DNA from: a virus
Reading direction: 5' to 3' (one strand)
IMG/VR virus record: IMGVR_UViG_3300012642_000011
Coordinates: 224,001-288,000 of that record
Length of the DNA stretch: 64,000 nt
The translations under genes and the position numbers were made by a program. Of this stretch, positions 39,556 to 49,992 are shown one piece after another (within the stretch, counting starts at the first letter, position 1; the number at the start of each line of letters is the position of its first letter). The notes beneath the pieces are model-generated. The model worked only from the letters and a program-made list of their open reading frames with translations, did no database searches and was not told the origin of the DNA.

Positions 39556-39711
39556 TCACTCTGCGATCAGAGCGTACATGAGAGCGTACATCATGACAGC
39601 ACAGAAGAAACTCAGGACAGCGCCCGTCACAACGTCGAAGCCGTTCTGAGTGGTCACGCACATTGCCATGAAGGCAACCATGGCGCTGAAGACAAGGTTG
39701 AAGACTCGCAT
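39556..39711 (-). CDS. tiny membrane protein (~51 aa, MRVFNLVFSAMVAFMAMCV...)
   Basis: Conserved leader; below ORF cutoff. Confidence 0.45.
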   Translation of the reverse strand: MRVFNLVFSAMVAFMAMCVTTQNGFDVVTGAVLSFFCAVMMYALMYALIAE

Positions 39712-40182
39712 GATGCTCTCCTTGTGGAGTAGTGGTCTTGGGCTGTTCCCTCGACCTGATGGGATCATCCTATCACAGTGGATTGTCCAGTTCAAGTCAG
39801 GGGTCAGGGGTGGTTAGGGGACACAGGAATCATGTGATGCCCATGCAGCAAGATGCAGTGCTACCTCATGCTGATTGGCTCGTGTTCCATGTGAGCGCAT
39901 AGGTGGATGGTGCTACCGTAGAGTTTCCCTGTGTGGCATGGAGAGGAGGTCAAAAGGGTAGTACCATGACTTGCTTGCCGGTGATTGAAAAAGTCTGATG
40001 TATAGTCATTATTTTTACGATATTTATAGGGACACGTATTGTCTTCAGCGCCAATAAAAGAAACCTGATTGATTTGTACTTATCACTCAATCAGGTTTCT
40101 TTTGTTTTGTCTGTAGTTAAAAGAACAATGTGGCCCAGCCACCTGTACTATCAGGATTCACTGGGCCGCATTGCTATGTGGT

Positions 40183-40488
40183 TCATACGTTCACGATGGT
40201 GGCGTTCTTCATGTGCTGGTCGTAGGCGTCCACGATGATAGCGGCCAGCTGACCACGCTCGCTCACGTCGTAGCCGTTCTTGATGGCCCACGCTCGGATG
40301 GTGGCCGTGGTGGTCTTGGGGCGGTAGGAGGGGTTCTCGTCACGGAACTGGGCCACGAGATCCTTGGACAGACGACCACGGACGCTGACCTCGATGCCCT
40401 TGGACTTGGCCCACTGGCGGATGTCAGCGGCAGCCGAACGGCCAGCGATGAGGGTCTTGTCCTCGTTGTACTTGCGCTTGGTGGTCAT
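40183..40488 (-). CDS. lsr2: Lsr2-like DNA-binding protein (two Lsr2-type motifs), ~101 aa
   Basis: IRQWAKSKGIEVSVRGRLSKDLVAQF and IRAWAIKNGYDVSERGQLAAIIVDAY; conserved leader. Confidence 0.55.
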   Translation of the reverse strand: MTTKRKYNEDKTLIAGRSAAADIRQWAKSKGIEVSVRGRLSKDLVAQFRDENPSYRPKTTTATIRAWAIKNGYDVSERGQLAAIIVDAYDQHMKNATIVNV

Positions 40489-40705
40489 GGTCTCTCCTAG
40501 GAGTAGTGGTTGGTGTTGAGATTGGCCCCTGTGGCCTCGCTGTTTGCTCTCAACCTGATGAATCAATAGTAGCACGGGGGACGCTCCATGTGCAACATGT
40601 GCAGCACGAATAATCTCGGGATAGTCGCAGCCCTCTATTGGATCACGTAAACTCGTGATAGTATGCTCACACATACCTATGGGGACACATAACTTGCTGT
40701 AAATA

Positions 40706-40757
40706 GTCAGGTAGCACAGTAGTGGTTTTCCTACTGTGCTACCTGACTTTATTTATT
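40706..40757 (+). terminator. hairpin gtcaggtagcacagtag-N-ctactgtgctacctgac + TTTATTTATT; same element recurs after each LbH paralog (42990, 44510, 45218)
   Basis: Perfect 17-bp stem; T-run on plus strand. Confidence 0.5.
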
Positions 40758-40762
40758 CGGAA

Positions 40763-41488
40763 TCAGGTCGCACAATCGTTTCCGGTCAACTTTGCATAAT
40801 CACACACTTGTGCGTTGCCAGACACTTGTGCATTTCCGGCCACAAATGCACAATCGTACACTTGTGCGTTACCGGACACTTGTGCGCTGTCTGTTACTTC
40901 TGCATCGTCAGATACCTGTGTATTACCAGTCACTTGAGCGTTGTCATAAATAAATGCTTCACCGGATACTCGTGCTTTACCAGACACCCGTGCGTTACCT
41001 GCCACGCGCGAGTTGCCATAAATTCGCGTGTTACCAGACACTCGCGCATTATCGTACACCTCTGCGTTGCCATATACTCGTGCGTTGTCATGCACAAGAG
41101 CGTCATCAAACACGTAAGCGTCGCCGGACACACAAGCGCTACCGTACACCGAAGCATTGCCAAATACCCAAGCGTTCTCGAACACTCGCGCGTTGCCGTA
41201 AACCCGCGAGTCCTCAGTGACGTATATGTTACCAAGCAACTCTGCGTTATCATACGCCTGAGCGTTCTCGTACACCCGAGCGTTATCAGTCACGTGCGCA
41301 TTGCCGTACACCTTCGCCTCATCATTGACCCATGCATTATCTGAGAGATTGTCCATGCTCTCCACATAACCGCCCAGATCCCCAGATTTCACCTCATGAT
41401 CGGGCAGGTCGCGTGTGGCTCGAATACGGTGGAGCGTTCGACCGTTGTAGTGAATCGTTTCATCTGTCAGTTCGTAATTCTTATTCAT
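40763..41488 (-). CDS. hexapeptide-repeat (LbH-like) paralog, 241 aa
   Basis: N-term MNKNYELTDETIHYNGRTLHRIRATRDLP..., ~30 xVxGNAxV repeats; co-operonic with 41503..42258 (14-nt gap). Confidence 0.65.
   Translation of the reverse strand: MNKNYELTDETIHYNGRTLHRIRATRDLPDHEVKSGDLGGYVESMDNLSDNAWVNDEAKVYGNAHVTDNARVYENAQAYDNAELLGNIYVTEDSRVYGNARVFENAWVFGNASVYGSACVSGDAYVFDDALVHDNARVYGNAEVYDNARVSGNTRIYGNSRVAGNARVSGKARVSGEAFIYDNAQVTGNTQVSDDAEVTDSAQVSGNAQVYDCAFVAGNAQVSGNAQVCDYAKLTGNDCAT
40800..41340 (-). repeat. tandem 18-bp coding repeats (gcg tta ccg gac act cgc-type), also in 41760-42110, 43060-43600, 43860-44210, 44600-44900, 45300-45930 and 60-330
   Basis: Periodicity produces the many short overlapping out-of-frame ORFs in the six-frame track. 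Confidence 0.8.
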
Positions 41489-41502
41489 GATTTCTCCTTG
41501 TA

Positions 41503-42258
41503 TTATTTAGTCCAGCGTGCGACACGGGCGCGGCACTGATCAATGACGGATTGGTACTCGGGACGTGCGTCACGAATGATTTCAGGGTCAGTGGTTTCAA
41601 CCCATGAATCCGAGTCGCAGAGGATCTGGTGATCATCAAGAGTGCCTGACTTGCAACCGATATGGAGAACATGATCATCCGTGGTGCGGTGCAGGGTCCA
41701 ATTGAATTGCCGATTGGTGCAGAGTGTGCCGATCATAATATGCTTTTCTTCAGCCACTCGCGCGTACCCAAACACGTGTGCGTTACCAAAAACTCGCGCG
41801 TACCCAAACACCCGTGCGTTACCACACACCCGTGCCCAATTGTACACTTGTGCGTCATCGGACACTTGTGCGTTGTCTGTTACTTCTGCATTCTCAAATA
41901 TGTGTGCCTTACCAGCCACTTGAGCTTTGTCATAAATAAATGCGTCATCGGACACTAGTGCGTCCCCGAACACTTGTGCGTCCCCGAACACTTGTGCGTT
42001 ACCGGACACGCGTGCGTTGCCATATACACGCGCGTCATCGTACACCAAAGCGTTCCCTGACACTCGTGCGTCATCGTACACCATCGCCTCATCAGCGACC
42101 CATGCGCTATCGGAGAGGTTGTCCAGATGTTCCACGAAGCCGCCCAGATCGCCGGGCTTTACAGCGTGGTAGGGTAGTTCTCGTGTTGCACGAATGCGGT
42201 GGAGCGTTCGACCGTCGTAGTGAATCGTTTCATCTGTCAGTTCGAAATGCTTATTCAT
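41503..42258 (-). CDS. hexapeptide-repeat paralog with extra ~80-aa Cys-containing C-terminal domain, 251 aa
   Basis: Same N-term domain; C-term AEEKHIMIGTLCTNRQFNW... unique. Confidence 0.65.
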   Translation of the reverse strand: MNKHFELTDETIHYDGRTLHRIRATRELPYHAVKPGDLGGFVEHLDNLSDSAWVADEAMVYDDARVSGNALVYDDARVYGNARVSGNAQVFGDAQVFGDALVSDDAFIYDKAQVAGKAHIFENAEVTDNAQVSDDAQVYNWARVCGNARVFGYARVFGNAHVFGYARVAEEKHIMIGTLCTNRQFNWTLHRTTDDHVLHIGCKSGTLDDHQILCDSDSWVETTDPEIIRDARPEYQSVIDQCRARVARWTK

Positions 42259-42467
42259 GGCGTCTCCTTGAAAATGGTAGGGATTATCTTATCAACGATC
42301 CTATGCTGCCCTTACCCTATCATATGGGACGCTCTATGCGCAACCTATTTCTTGTACTAATTGGGCTATATTGCGACAAGTGATGCCGAAGTTTACACAA
42401 GGGGACACAGTAGCGAAAACAGAGAACGGACAAGGCGACAGTCGATGCCACCTTGTCCGTTCTCTGA

Positions 42468-42779
42468 TCAGGCTGCGAGGTTGTAGTAATCCTTGAGGTC
42501 AGTGTTCTTGAACCCACCCATAGCGTGAGCGTTTCGCTCCGACATGGCCCACGTGCGGATCTTCTTGTTCTGGGTGCGGTGGAAGTAGTTCCGGTTCCGC
42601 TGGACTCGCGTTCCGAAGTTGACGATATCCTCGTAGTTCGCGTAGGTGGTGTTGTCCTTCTTGTTCTTGACACGATTGATGGTGCTCTCATCGGCGGGGA
42701 AAAGGTAGATGCCCTTGCCGGGAACGCGGATCTCGACATGACCCTTGACATCGGAAGCGAAGACCTGGAAGTTCTGCAT
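42468..42779 (-). CDS. hypothetical protein (MQNFQVFASDVKGHVEIRVPGKG..., 103 aa)
   Basis: Conserved leader; embedded between LbH paralogs. Confidence 0.5.
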   Translation of the reverse strand: MQNFQVFASDVKGHVEIRVPGKGIYLFPADESTINRVKNKKDNTTYANYEDIVNFGTRVQRNRNYFHRTQNKKIRTWAMSERNAHAMGGFKNTDLKDYYNLAA

Positions 42780-43022
42780 AATCTCTCCTTGAGAGTGGTA
42801 AGGGTCGCTCTGTGTTGCTCTCCCTTGCTGATGAGTCAATAGTAACACGGGGGACGCTCCATGCGCAACCTGACAGCAGAAATAATCTAGGGAGGCTCAC
42901 AACCTCTCGATTGGATCACTTCAATTCGTGATAGTATGCTCACACATACCTATGGGGACACATAACTTGCTGTAAACAGTCAAGTAGCACAGTAGGGATA
43001 CAACTACTGTGCTACTTGGGTT

Positions 43023-43724
43023 TTACCACCTGCAATCAAACCAATTAATTTCATCAGTAACTATTGCATTACCGGACACCCGCGAGTTACCAATCACCCG
43101 CGCATATTCGCAAACCCTCGAACAACCAGTCACTATTGCATTACCTGACACCAATGCTCTGTCTGTCACTTGTGCATTACCATTCACCATTGCTCTTTCA
43201 GAGACCAGTGAATTACCAAATACCTGTGCGTCACCCCTCACTATCGCGTCATCGATAACCCTTGTTTTGCCGTGTACACGAGCATTGCCAGACACATGCG
43301 CATGACCGAACACCCACGCTTCATCGAATACTCGTGCAGAGATATATACATATGCGTAACCGAACACCCGTGCGTCACCATAGACCCACGCTTCACCGGA
43401 CACTGATGAATTACCACTCACCAATGCGTTGCCGAAAACCCGCGCACTATTGTACACATGTGCAGTACCAGTCACCAATGCATTACCGGACACCATTGCC
43501 TTACCATTCACTTTTGCGCCCCCTGATACCCGCGCGTCCCCGTACACCATAGCCTCGCCACCGACCCATGCGATATCTGAAAGGTTATCCAAACGCTCCA
43601 CAAAACCACCCAGATCACCTGACTTTACGCGGTGCTCGGGCAAGTCTTGCGTGGCGCAGATACGATGGAGCGTGTGTCCTTCATAGCGGATCGTCTCATT
43701 TGTTAGTTCAAAGTGTTTAGTCAT
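43023..43724 (-). CDS. hexapeptide-repeat paralog, 233 aa
   Basis: N-term MTKHFELTNETIRYEGHTLHRICATQDLP... Confidence 0.65.
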   Translation of the reverse strand: MTKHFELTNETIRYEGHTLHRICATQDLPEHRVKSGDLGGFVERLDNLSDIAWVGGEAMVYGDARVSGGAKVNGKAMVSGNALVTGTAHVYNSARVFGNALVSGNSSVSGEAWVYGDARVFGYAYVYISARVFDEAWVFGHAHVSGNARVHGKTRVIDDAIVRGDAQVFGNSLVSERAMVNGNAQVTDRALVSGNAIVTGCSRVCEYARVIGNSRVSGNAIVTDEINWFDCRW

Positions 43725-43825
43725 GGTTTTCCTCGTGAAGTAATGATCTTTGTTTATTTCCTATAGTAGATTTTTAGATTTTCCATCGGATTATTTCATT
43801 TCTTGATCAGGTTACTCACAGACGC

Positions 43826-44347
43826 TCACCTGTGCATCACGGTCACTTCTGCGTCGCCAGACACTCGCACGTCACCTGTCATCCATGCTTCTCCAAACAC
43901 GCGTGCGTTACCAATCACATTCACGCTGTCGGCCACAACCGCTTCCCCATACACGTGAGCATTCTCAGCCACGTATGCATTACCGGACACTCGCGTGTCG
44001 CCATGCACTCGCGCGTCACCTGTCACCCATGCTTCGCCGTACACTCGCGCATTACCGAACACCCGCGCGCGACCATCCACCAGTGCGTTACCGGCCACCT
44101 GTGCATTACCAGACACCTCTGCATTGCTGTACACCTGCGCGTTATCATATACTCGCGCGTCATCGTACACCTTGGCCTCATCAGCAACCCATGCGTTACC
44201 TGAAAGGTTGTCCATGCCCTCCACAAAACCGCCCAGATCACCGGCCTTCACGTCATGAATAGGCAGGTTTCGTGTTGCACGGATGCGGTAGAGCGTGCGG
44301 CCCTCATGATTGATGGTCTCGTCAGTCAGTTCGAAGTGCTTATTCAT
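43826..44347 (-). CDS. hexapeptide-repeat paralog, 173 aa
   Basis: Same family. Confidence 0.65.
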   Translation of the reverse strand: MNKHFELTDETINHEGRTLYRIRATRNLPIHDVKAGDLGGFVEGMDNLSGNAWVADEAKVYDDARVYDNAQVYSNAEVSGNAQVAGNALVDGRARVFGNARVYGEAWVTGDARVHGDTRVSGNAYVAENAHVYGEAVVADSVNVIGNARVFGEAWMTGDVRVSGDAEVTVMHR

Positions 44348-44573
44348 AGTTTCTCCTTGAAATGGTAGGTGATGACCTTACCCTATCATGGAGACGACCC
44401 ATACGCAACATGTGCAGCATGAATGATCTATGGAGACTCACGGTATCTCAATTGGGTCATTTCAACTCATGAGACTACTAAAGGGACACAAAACGTGGTA
44501 CAAACAAGGCAATCAGCACAGTAGGAATCCCACTACTGTGCTGATTGCCTTTTATTGCTTGGAATCAGGCCGC

Positions 44574-45038
44574 TCAATCAGTGCCGATTACCGACATCTC
44601 ATCGAACACTCGCGCGTCGCCGGACACTCGTGCGTTACCGGACACCCATGCGTTACCGAACACGTTCGCATCACCGGACACCCATGCGCTACCGGAGACA
44701 TATGCCCCTTCGTACACCCACGCATTGCCATAGACCCATGCATCGTCGTACACACGCGCATTGCCAAACACTCGTGCGTTACCGGACACTCGGGCGTAAC
44801 CGAACACTCGCGCGTTGTCATACACTCGCGCGTTATCAGTCACGTGTGCATTGCCGTACACCTTCGCCATATCAGCGACCCACGCGTTATGTGAGAGATT
44901 GTCCGTGCCCTCCACGAAACCACCCAGATCACCCTGCAGCACGTTGTGCTCTGGCAGGTCGCGTGTGGCACGGATGCGATAGAGCGTGCGACCCTCATGG
45001 TTGATGGTCTCGTCAGTCAGTTCGAAGTGGTTGCTCAT
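44574..45038 (-). CDS. hexapeptide-repeat paralog, 154 aa
   Basis: Same family. Confidence 0.65.
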   Translation of the reverse strand: MSNHFELTDETINHEGRTLYRIRATRDLPEHNVLQGDLGGFVEGTDNLSHNAWVADMAKVYGNAHVTDNARVYDNARVFGYARVSGNARVFGNARVYDDAWVYGNAWVYEGAYVSGSAWVSGDANVFGNAWVSGNARVSGDARVFDEMSVIGTD

Positions 45039-45268
45039 AGCGTCTCCTTGAGAGTGGTAGGGTGTTGTCCTATTGACGTTCCCGTGATTCCCTTATCCTA
45101 TCATGGGAGACGCTCCACATGCAACACTAGTGATCTAGGGAGGCTCACGACATCTCAATTGGATCACTTCAACTCGTAAGAATGCTAAAGGGACACAAAG
45201 TATTAAGTAAACAATCAGGTAGCACAGTAGTGGTATTCCTACTGTACTACCTGACTTTTGTTGCTTGA

Positions 45269-46084
45269 TCAGGTCGCTCGTTCGTTACCTAACACTCGTG
45301 CGTAACCATACACCAGCGCGTTGTCGGTCACCCATGCATCACCCTGCACCTGAGCGTTGTCTTCCACTCGCGCATAGGTGAGCACGCATGCGTTACCAAA
45401 CACTCGCGCGTTACCGGACACTCGCGCATAGTCAGTCACTTGCGCGTTATCGTACACCATTGCACCACCGAACACCTGAGCGTTACCGGACACCTGTGCC
45501 TCACCGAACACTTGGGCGTTACGAGATACCCACGCGTTACCGGACACCACTGCATCGCCGTACACTTGTGCGTCTTCATCAATATATGCACCACCGAACA
45601 CCTGAGCGTTACCGTACACTCGGGCGCAATCGGACACTCGTGCGTTATCGTACACTCGCGCGTCGCAAAGCACTAGCGCGTTACCCGTCACTCGCGCGTT
45701 ACCGGACACTCGCGCATAGTCAGTCACTTGCGCGTTATCGTACACCATTGCACCACCGAACACCTGAGCGTTACCGGACACCTGTGCCTCACCGAACACC
45801 CAAGCGTAACCGAACACTCGCGCGTCGTCGCCAATATATGCCTTACCGAACACCCATGCATCATTGGATACCCGTGCGTTACCAGATACCAGCGCGTTAC
45901 CAAACACATACGCCTCATCAGCAACCCATGCATCATCTGAAAGGTTGTCCAGACGCTCCACGTAACCACCCAGATCCCCAGCCTTCACATCATGATCGGG
46001 CAGATCTCGTGTCGCACGGATACGATAGAGCGTTCGACCGTAGCGGATGATGGTATCGTTTGTCAGTTCGAAGTGCTTGCTCAT
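45269..46084 (-). CDS. hexapeptide-repeat paralog, 271 aa, with internal ~300-bp duplication
   Basis: Blocks 45400-45540 and 45690-45830 nearly identical at DNA level. Confidence 0.65.
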   Translation of the reverse strand: MSKHFELTNDTIIRYGRTLYRIRATRDLPDHDVKAGDLGGYVERLDNLSDDAWVADEAYVFGNALVSGNARVSNDAWVFGKAYIGDDARVFGYAWVFGEAQVSGNAQVFGGAMVYDNAQVTDYARVSGNARVTGNALVLCDARVYDNARVSDCARVYGNAQVFGGAYIDEDAQVYGDAVVSGNAWVSRNAQVFGEAQVSGNAQVFGGAMVYDNAQVTDYARVSGNARVFGNACVLTYARVEDNAQVQGDAWVTDNALVYGYARVLGNERAT

Positions 46085-46337
46085 GATTTCTCCTTATGAA
46101 TGAGGGGCGATTCGTGTTTGCTGCCTTCGTCGCTAACGCAACTCTACCATAGGAAACACTCCACTATCAACTCTGAAACGAAACTTCAAGGTCAATTCTT
46201 ACCATCCTTTGAGTATAGGGGACACAAGTTGCGAGGGTGTTTCCTACAAGTCCTCATGGTCTCCCCATGTTGACAATGAGTTACCCATGTGTTAGATTTA
46301 AGTCATCAACAGGTTCATTGGTACAGGAGAGTGAAAC

Positions 46338-46709
46338 ATGAAGCAGGGATTGATCGTACTCATTGATGATCTGAGGTCATTCAAGGATGCTCAGATGATG
46401 GAGAATGCTGTAGTGATCCGCACAATCAAAGATGCGCTGACGTGGCTGGATGCTTCCAGTGGTGTTCATGTTGCCCAGTTGTGGCTTGACCATGATCTTG
46501 GCGAGGTGGATGGTGTTGCTACAGACGTGATGCCGTTCGTGAACTTGCTGGAAGAGCGACTTGCCTTGGGAGAGGACGCTCCGTATATTGACGATGTGAT
46601 CGTCCACACTTCGAACACTGTGGGTCGCTCTCGCATGATTGCTGCCTTGTCGGGCCGTGTGGGTCGCGTGGTGGTTGTGGACGCTGGCGCGTACTTCACC
46701 GCTCAGTAA
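46338..46709 (+). CDS. hypothetical protein; weak resemblance to a stand-alone receiver (REC)/flavodoxin-like fold
   Basis: LIVLIDD at N-term, Asp ~53, HTS ~83; RBS CAGGAGAGTGAAAC-ATG. Confidence 0.3.
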   Translation: MKQGLIVLIDDLRSFKDAQMMENAVVIRTIKDALTWLDASSGVHVAQLWLDHDLGEVDGVATDVMPFVNLLEERLALGEDAPYIDDVIVHTSNTVGRSRMIAALSGRVGRVVVVDAGAYFTAQ

Positions 46710-46799
46710 GTCGCCCATACGGCGCAAGAAGGCCGATCAGTAATCACTACTACTGATCGGCCTTCTTGTCGCTGATGATCACTCCTTGAGGAGAACGGG

Positions 46800-47315
46800 T
46801 CAGATAGTCATGACTTTGTAGAATTCAACTTCCTCACCAGGCTCATGCCGACGTGAATTAATCAGGTCAATGCACAGGTACTGACCCTTGTCATTCTTCA
46901 GAGACCATCCGTTCTCATCAGAATCAAGCACACGAGACAAACCATTATAAAAATCCCTGTTTTTGATGTACTGGTACTCGATTTCAAGGGTCTTCTGGGC
47001 GTATTCACCTCGTGCGATTTCAGCAAGCATACGGATGGGTTCAGGCAGAGACTTCACCTCATCCTCAGAGAGATCCACGAAAGCATGCTCCTGAGTGGTC
47101 ATGGCAGCGTGGAACTCCTGCAACTTCTGTGACTTCTGTCGCTCTGGATTTGTGCTCATGACGTGCCAATACCTATTTTTCTGTACTCTCGTAATGAGCA
47201 TCTTATAGCAGATCTTGGCAATGTCCTCATCAGAGTGAGCGAGGTATCGGAGGTCTCCTGATGATTTGTTTGGGAAGGTGACAATCATAGGGTAATTCGT
47301 GTATCTCTGTTTCAT
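46800..47315 (-). CDS. hypothetical protein (MKQRYTNYPMIVTF..., 171 aa), paralog of 47466..47978 and 27512..28039
   Basis: Lower GC; RBS AAAGGAGAAAACC-ATG. Confidence 0.5.
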   Translation of the reverse strand: MKQRYTNYPMIVTFPNKSSGDLRYLAHSDEDIAKICYKMLITRVQKNRYWHVMSTNPERQKSQKLQEFHAAMTTQEHAFVDLSEDEVKSLPEPIRMLAEIARGEYAQKTLEIEYQYIKNRDFYNGLSRVLDSDENGWSLKNDKGQYLCIDLINSRRHEPGEEVEFYKVMTI

Positions 47316-47465
47316 GGTTTTCTCCTTTGATGGACATGTTTTCATTACAACATTACAAGACAATGTGTTCATTGTCAACACAGAAAACACAAGGTTTACT
47401 GATAATCAAGGGACACAAGACGTGAAGCGCCCCTGTAGAGACTGTTCTACAGGGAGGCTACACGA

Positions 47466-47978
47466 TCAGAAAGATTCACTGTGCTCTACGTAACACTCTT
47501 CGTACTGATGCGTTACCCGATGAGAGATCAAGATGTGGCTAAGATACCGATCACCCTTATTCCCTTTCAGAGACCAACCATCCTCGCCCATGTTCTTGAT
47601 CGAAAGGACGCCCTGCGCGAATGCCAAATCCTCCGAAAGATATGAATTCTCTCGCTTAACGGCCTCACGATAGGAACGACGAGCAGCGAGAGCGTTCTTC
47701 TTTACAGGATCAGGGAGGGAAAGCACTTCCTCCTCAGACAGATCAATAAAACTCTTTTCGCTTTCCTTCAGACGAGAGCGAAGACGCGATTCAGTCTCGC
47801 GCATTTCTTTTCGCGTTCGGTCGTAGTCGGGATACCAACCGTCCTCATCACGCTCAAGGAGGATCTTGCGGCATACCTTAGCCGTGTCCTCAGGGGAGTT
47901 GACGATAAAGAATCGATCAGCGTGCTTCTCATGGAAGACAAGGATGGCAGGGTATTCGATCTTCGAGGTGATCAGCAT
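47466..47978 (-). CDS. hypothetical protein (MLITSKIEYPAILVF..., 170 aa), paralog family
   Basis: RBS GGAGAAGTAATA-ATG. Confidence 0.5.
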   Translation of the reverse strand: MLITSKIEYPAILVFHEKHADRFFIVNSPEDTAKVCRKILLERDEDGWYPDYDRTRKEMRETESRLRSRLKESEKSFIDLSEEEVLSLPDPVKKNALAARRSYREAVKRENSYLSEDLAFAQGVLSIKNMGEDGWSLKGNKGDRYLSHILISHRVTHQYEECYVEHSESF

Positions 47979-47980
47979 TA

Positions 47981-48196
47981 TTACTTCTCCTTCTCGGAAA
48001 CAGTCAACAGTGGAGCGCCGCATGGAGAAACCACGGTGTAGTCGTCCAGAGAGCGATCAGAGGTGAGCAGGGTATCCCCTGCATCCTCGGCTGCCTTCAG
48101 GGTCTTGAACTCGCCTACGGTACGGCCAGAGACCTTCAGCGTGTACACCAGAGGGGACGTGACAGCATCAGTGATCAGAGCGTGCTTCATGCTCAC
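47981..48196 (-). CDS. hypothetical small protein, 71 aa
   Basis: ATGA overlap with upstream gene. Confidence 0.45.
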   Translation of the reverse strand: MSMKHALITDAVTSPLVYTLKVSGRTVGEFKTLKAAEDAGDTLLTSDRSLDDYTVVSPCGAPLLTVSEKEK

Positions 48197-48402
48197 ACCT
48201 GCTCGATCTTGATGATCTGGAAGTTCATGTCCTCCTCAGTCTCCAGGAACGTGGCATCGGTGAGCAGGTTAATGGCTTCAGAAAGACCATTCGCCTGCAC
48301 GGTGACCGTTGCGTCCTTGGCGATGAAACCGTTGTCTTCCTCACGCGCAGCCGTGAAATTATCACCCTTGCGGAGCAGGAAGCGGGCGGTGTACTTGAAC
48401 AT
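48193..48402 (-). CDS. hypothetical small protein, paralog of 5181..5369
   Basis: C-term EEDMNFQIIKIEQV. Confidence 0.45.
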   Translation of the reverse strand: MFKYTARFLLRKGDNFTAAREEDNGFIAKDATVTVQANGLSEAINLLTDATFLETEEDMNFQIIKIEQV

Positions 48403-48576
48403 GGTGTTCCCTTTCGTTGGAATGGTTCAGGAAGTCTTACTTGATGGAATCATCGTATCACAGGTTTCTTCTTGTTGCAAACGTAACTGTGTCATTCAGG
48501 CAGCAGCGCCGCTTGGGACACAGTTTGAGTATGTTGTATGCTGCATATAAATGCTGCAGTTTTTAAACGGGGAAAC

Positions 48577-48611
48577 GCCCGCCGTCCTCCCTGTGTGGGA
48601 TTCTGGCGGGC
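48577..48611 (-). terminator. conserved-loop intrinsic terminator
   Basis: GCCCGCC-GTCCTCCCTGTGTGGGATTCT-GGCGGGC; U-run on minus transcript. Confidence 0.6.
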
Positions 48612-48624
48612 CGTTAGCCTTGGA

Positions 48625-49038
48625 TCAGAGGTTGCCGTTCATGTCAACGACGAACACGTAGGCGAGCACCTGACCATCTTCTCCGATCTCGGTGCTGACG
48701 ACACCCTTGTGGACGAGGCTGGCGAGGACGCCACCACGCTGGTTCTTGGACTCCCAGTTGTCCATCGGCATGATGTCGAAGTCGCCCCAGAAGTCGAACT
48801 CGCCGGAGGCTTCCAGAGCATCCTGGATGATCTCGGTGACCAGCAGGGTCTCCTTCTCGGTCAGGTTGTACTTCGCCTTCACCTCAGCGGCAACGGAAGC
48901 GGCGGTCTTGGTCTCGGTCTCGGTGCTCTCACCGGAGGCATCCAGAACAGCCTCAGTCATCTCGGCCATCAGCAGGGACTCCTTCTCGGTCATCTTGAAC
49001 TGAGTCTTCAGGTCAGCGGCGGTCTTGTTCTCGGTCAT
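48625..49038 (-). CDS. hypothetical acidic protein with internal ~27-aa duplication; paralog of 49438..49722
   Basis: TEKESLLMAEMTEAVLDASGE / TEKETLLVTEIIQDALEASGE. Confidence 0.5.
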   Translation of the reverse strand: MTENKTAADLKTQFKMTEKESLLMAEMTEAVLDASGESTETETKTAASVAAEVKAKYNLTEKETLLVTEIIQDALEASGEFDFWGDFDIMPMDNWESKNQRGGVLASLVHKGVVSTEIGEDGQVLAYVFVVDMNGNL

Positions 49039-49437
49039 GATGCTCTCCTTGGGGAGTGGTAGGGATTGCTCTGTTTTGCTCTCCCTGTTGATGACTCAAC
49101 TCTAACATGTGGGGACGCTCCATGTCAACTGGTTTGAGCAATAATTTTTAGGCAGCCGAAACGCACAGTGTTATCACAGGAAACAGAAAGGGACACAGAA
49201 CTTCTCGCAGTATCAAAAAGTGGACTGATTGCATAGGCAGCATGCAACCAGTCCACTCAAGTGAGGTTCTCTTGTTGGTATCACTCTACAACAGGGGACG
49301 CTCCGTTGTCAACTCGATCTCGGGACAATCTGCAGCCTTTTGGTCAGATAGGCATTAGGGACACAAGATACGAGTGCCACCTAAAAAGGAAGGGGAGAGC
49401 ACAGCGCCTTGTGGTCTCCCCTTCCTGTGGCAGTGTG

Positions 49438-49722
49438 TCAGACTCTGCAACCATCCGAAGTGACCGCGATCACTCGAACAGTGTCATCATCCATAGACAC
49501 AATGCCATCCTCAACCAGGTGCTCAATAATCATCATTTGACGTTCACGGCTATCCCAGTCCAGCAACGGCAGGGAGTCGATCTCCACAGAAGCGTCGTAA
49601 CGTCCAGTAGACGACAGCGCTTGGTGCATGATGTCAGTAAGCATGAAGCCCTCAGAAGTGCTCAGTCCCAGATCGTGTTCGATAGACAGGGCCAAGTCTT
49701 CAGCGTCCATGTGTGCAGTCAT
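49438..49722 (-). CDS. hypothetical acidic protein, 94 aa
   Basis: RBS TAGGAGAACATC-ATG. Confidence 0.5.
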   Translation of the reverse strand: MTAHMDAEDLALSIEHDLGLSTSEGFMLTDIMHQALSSTGRYDASVEIDSLPLLDWDSRERQMMIIEHLVEDGIVSMDDDTVRVIAVTSDGCRV

Positions 49723-49992
49723 GATGTTCTCCTATGAGTAGTGATGTTGCTTCTTGCAACATTTCGTATGTACAGAAATAATCTTACATGAGTAATTGGA
49801 ACATGTCAACCTACACCATGATCAGAACAGATGCAAGGAGGTAACGAGTTCGTCGTTTCGGTCTAGCACGGGGACGCTCCACGATCTTCGGAAATCATGT
49901 TGCACATGAAGCGTCCCCGTGGTAGAGTTGAGTCATCAACAAGGGAGAGCAACACAGAGCAATCCCGCACTACTCTCATCAAGGAGAACATC

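Noticed and set aside
40800-46000. Regular 18-bp tandem repeats that might be mistaken for a CRISPR-like array
   Set aside because: There are no unique spacers. The repeats are in-frame coding hexapeptide repeats within long ORFs that have an RBS and a conserved N-terminal domain.
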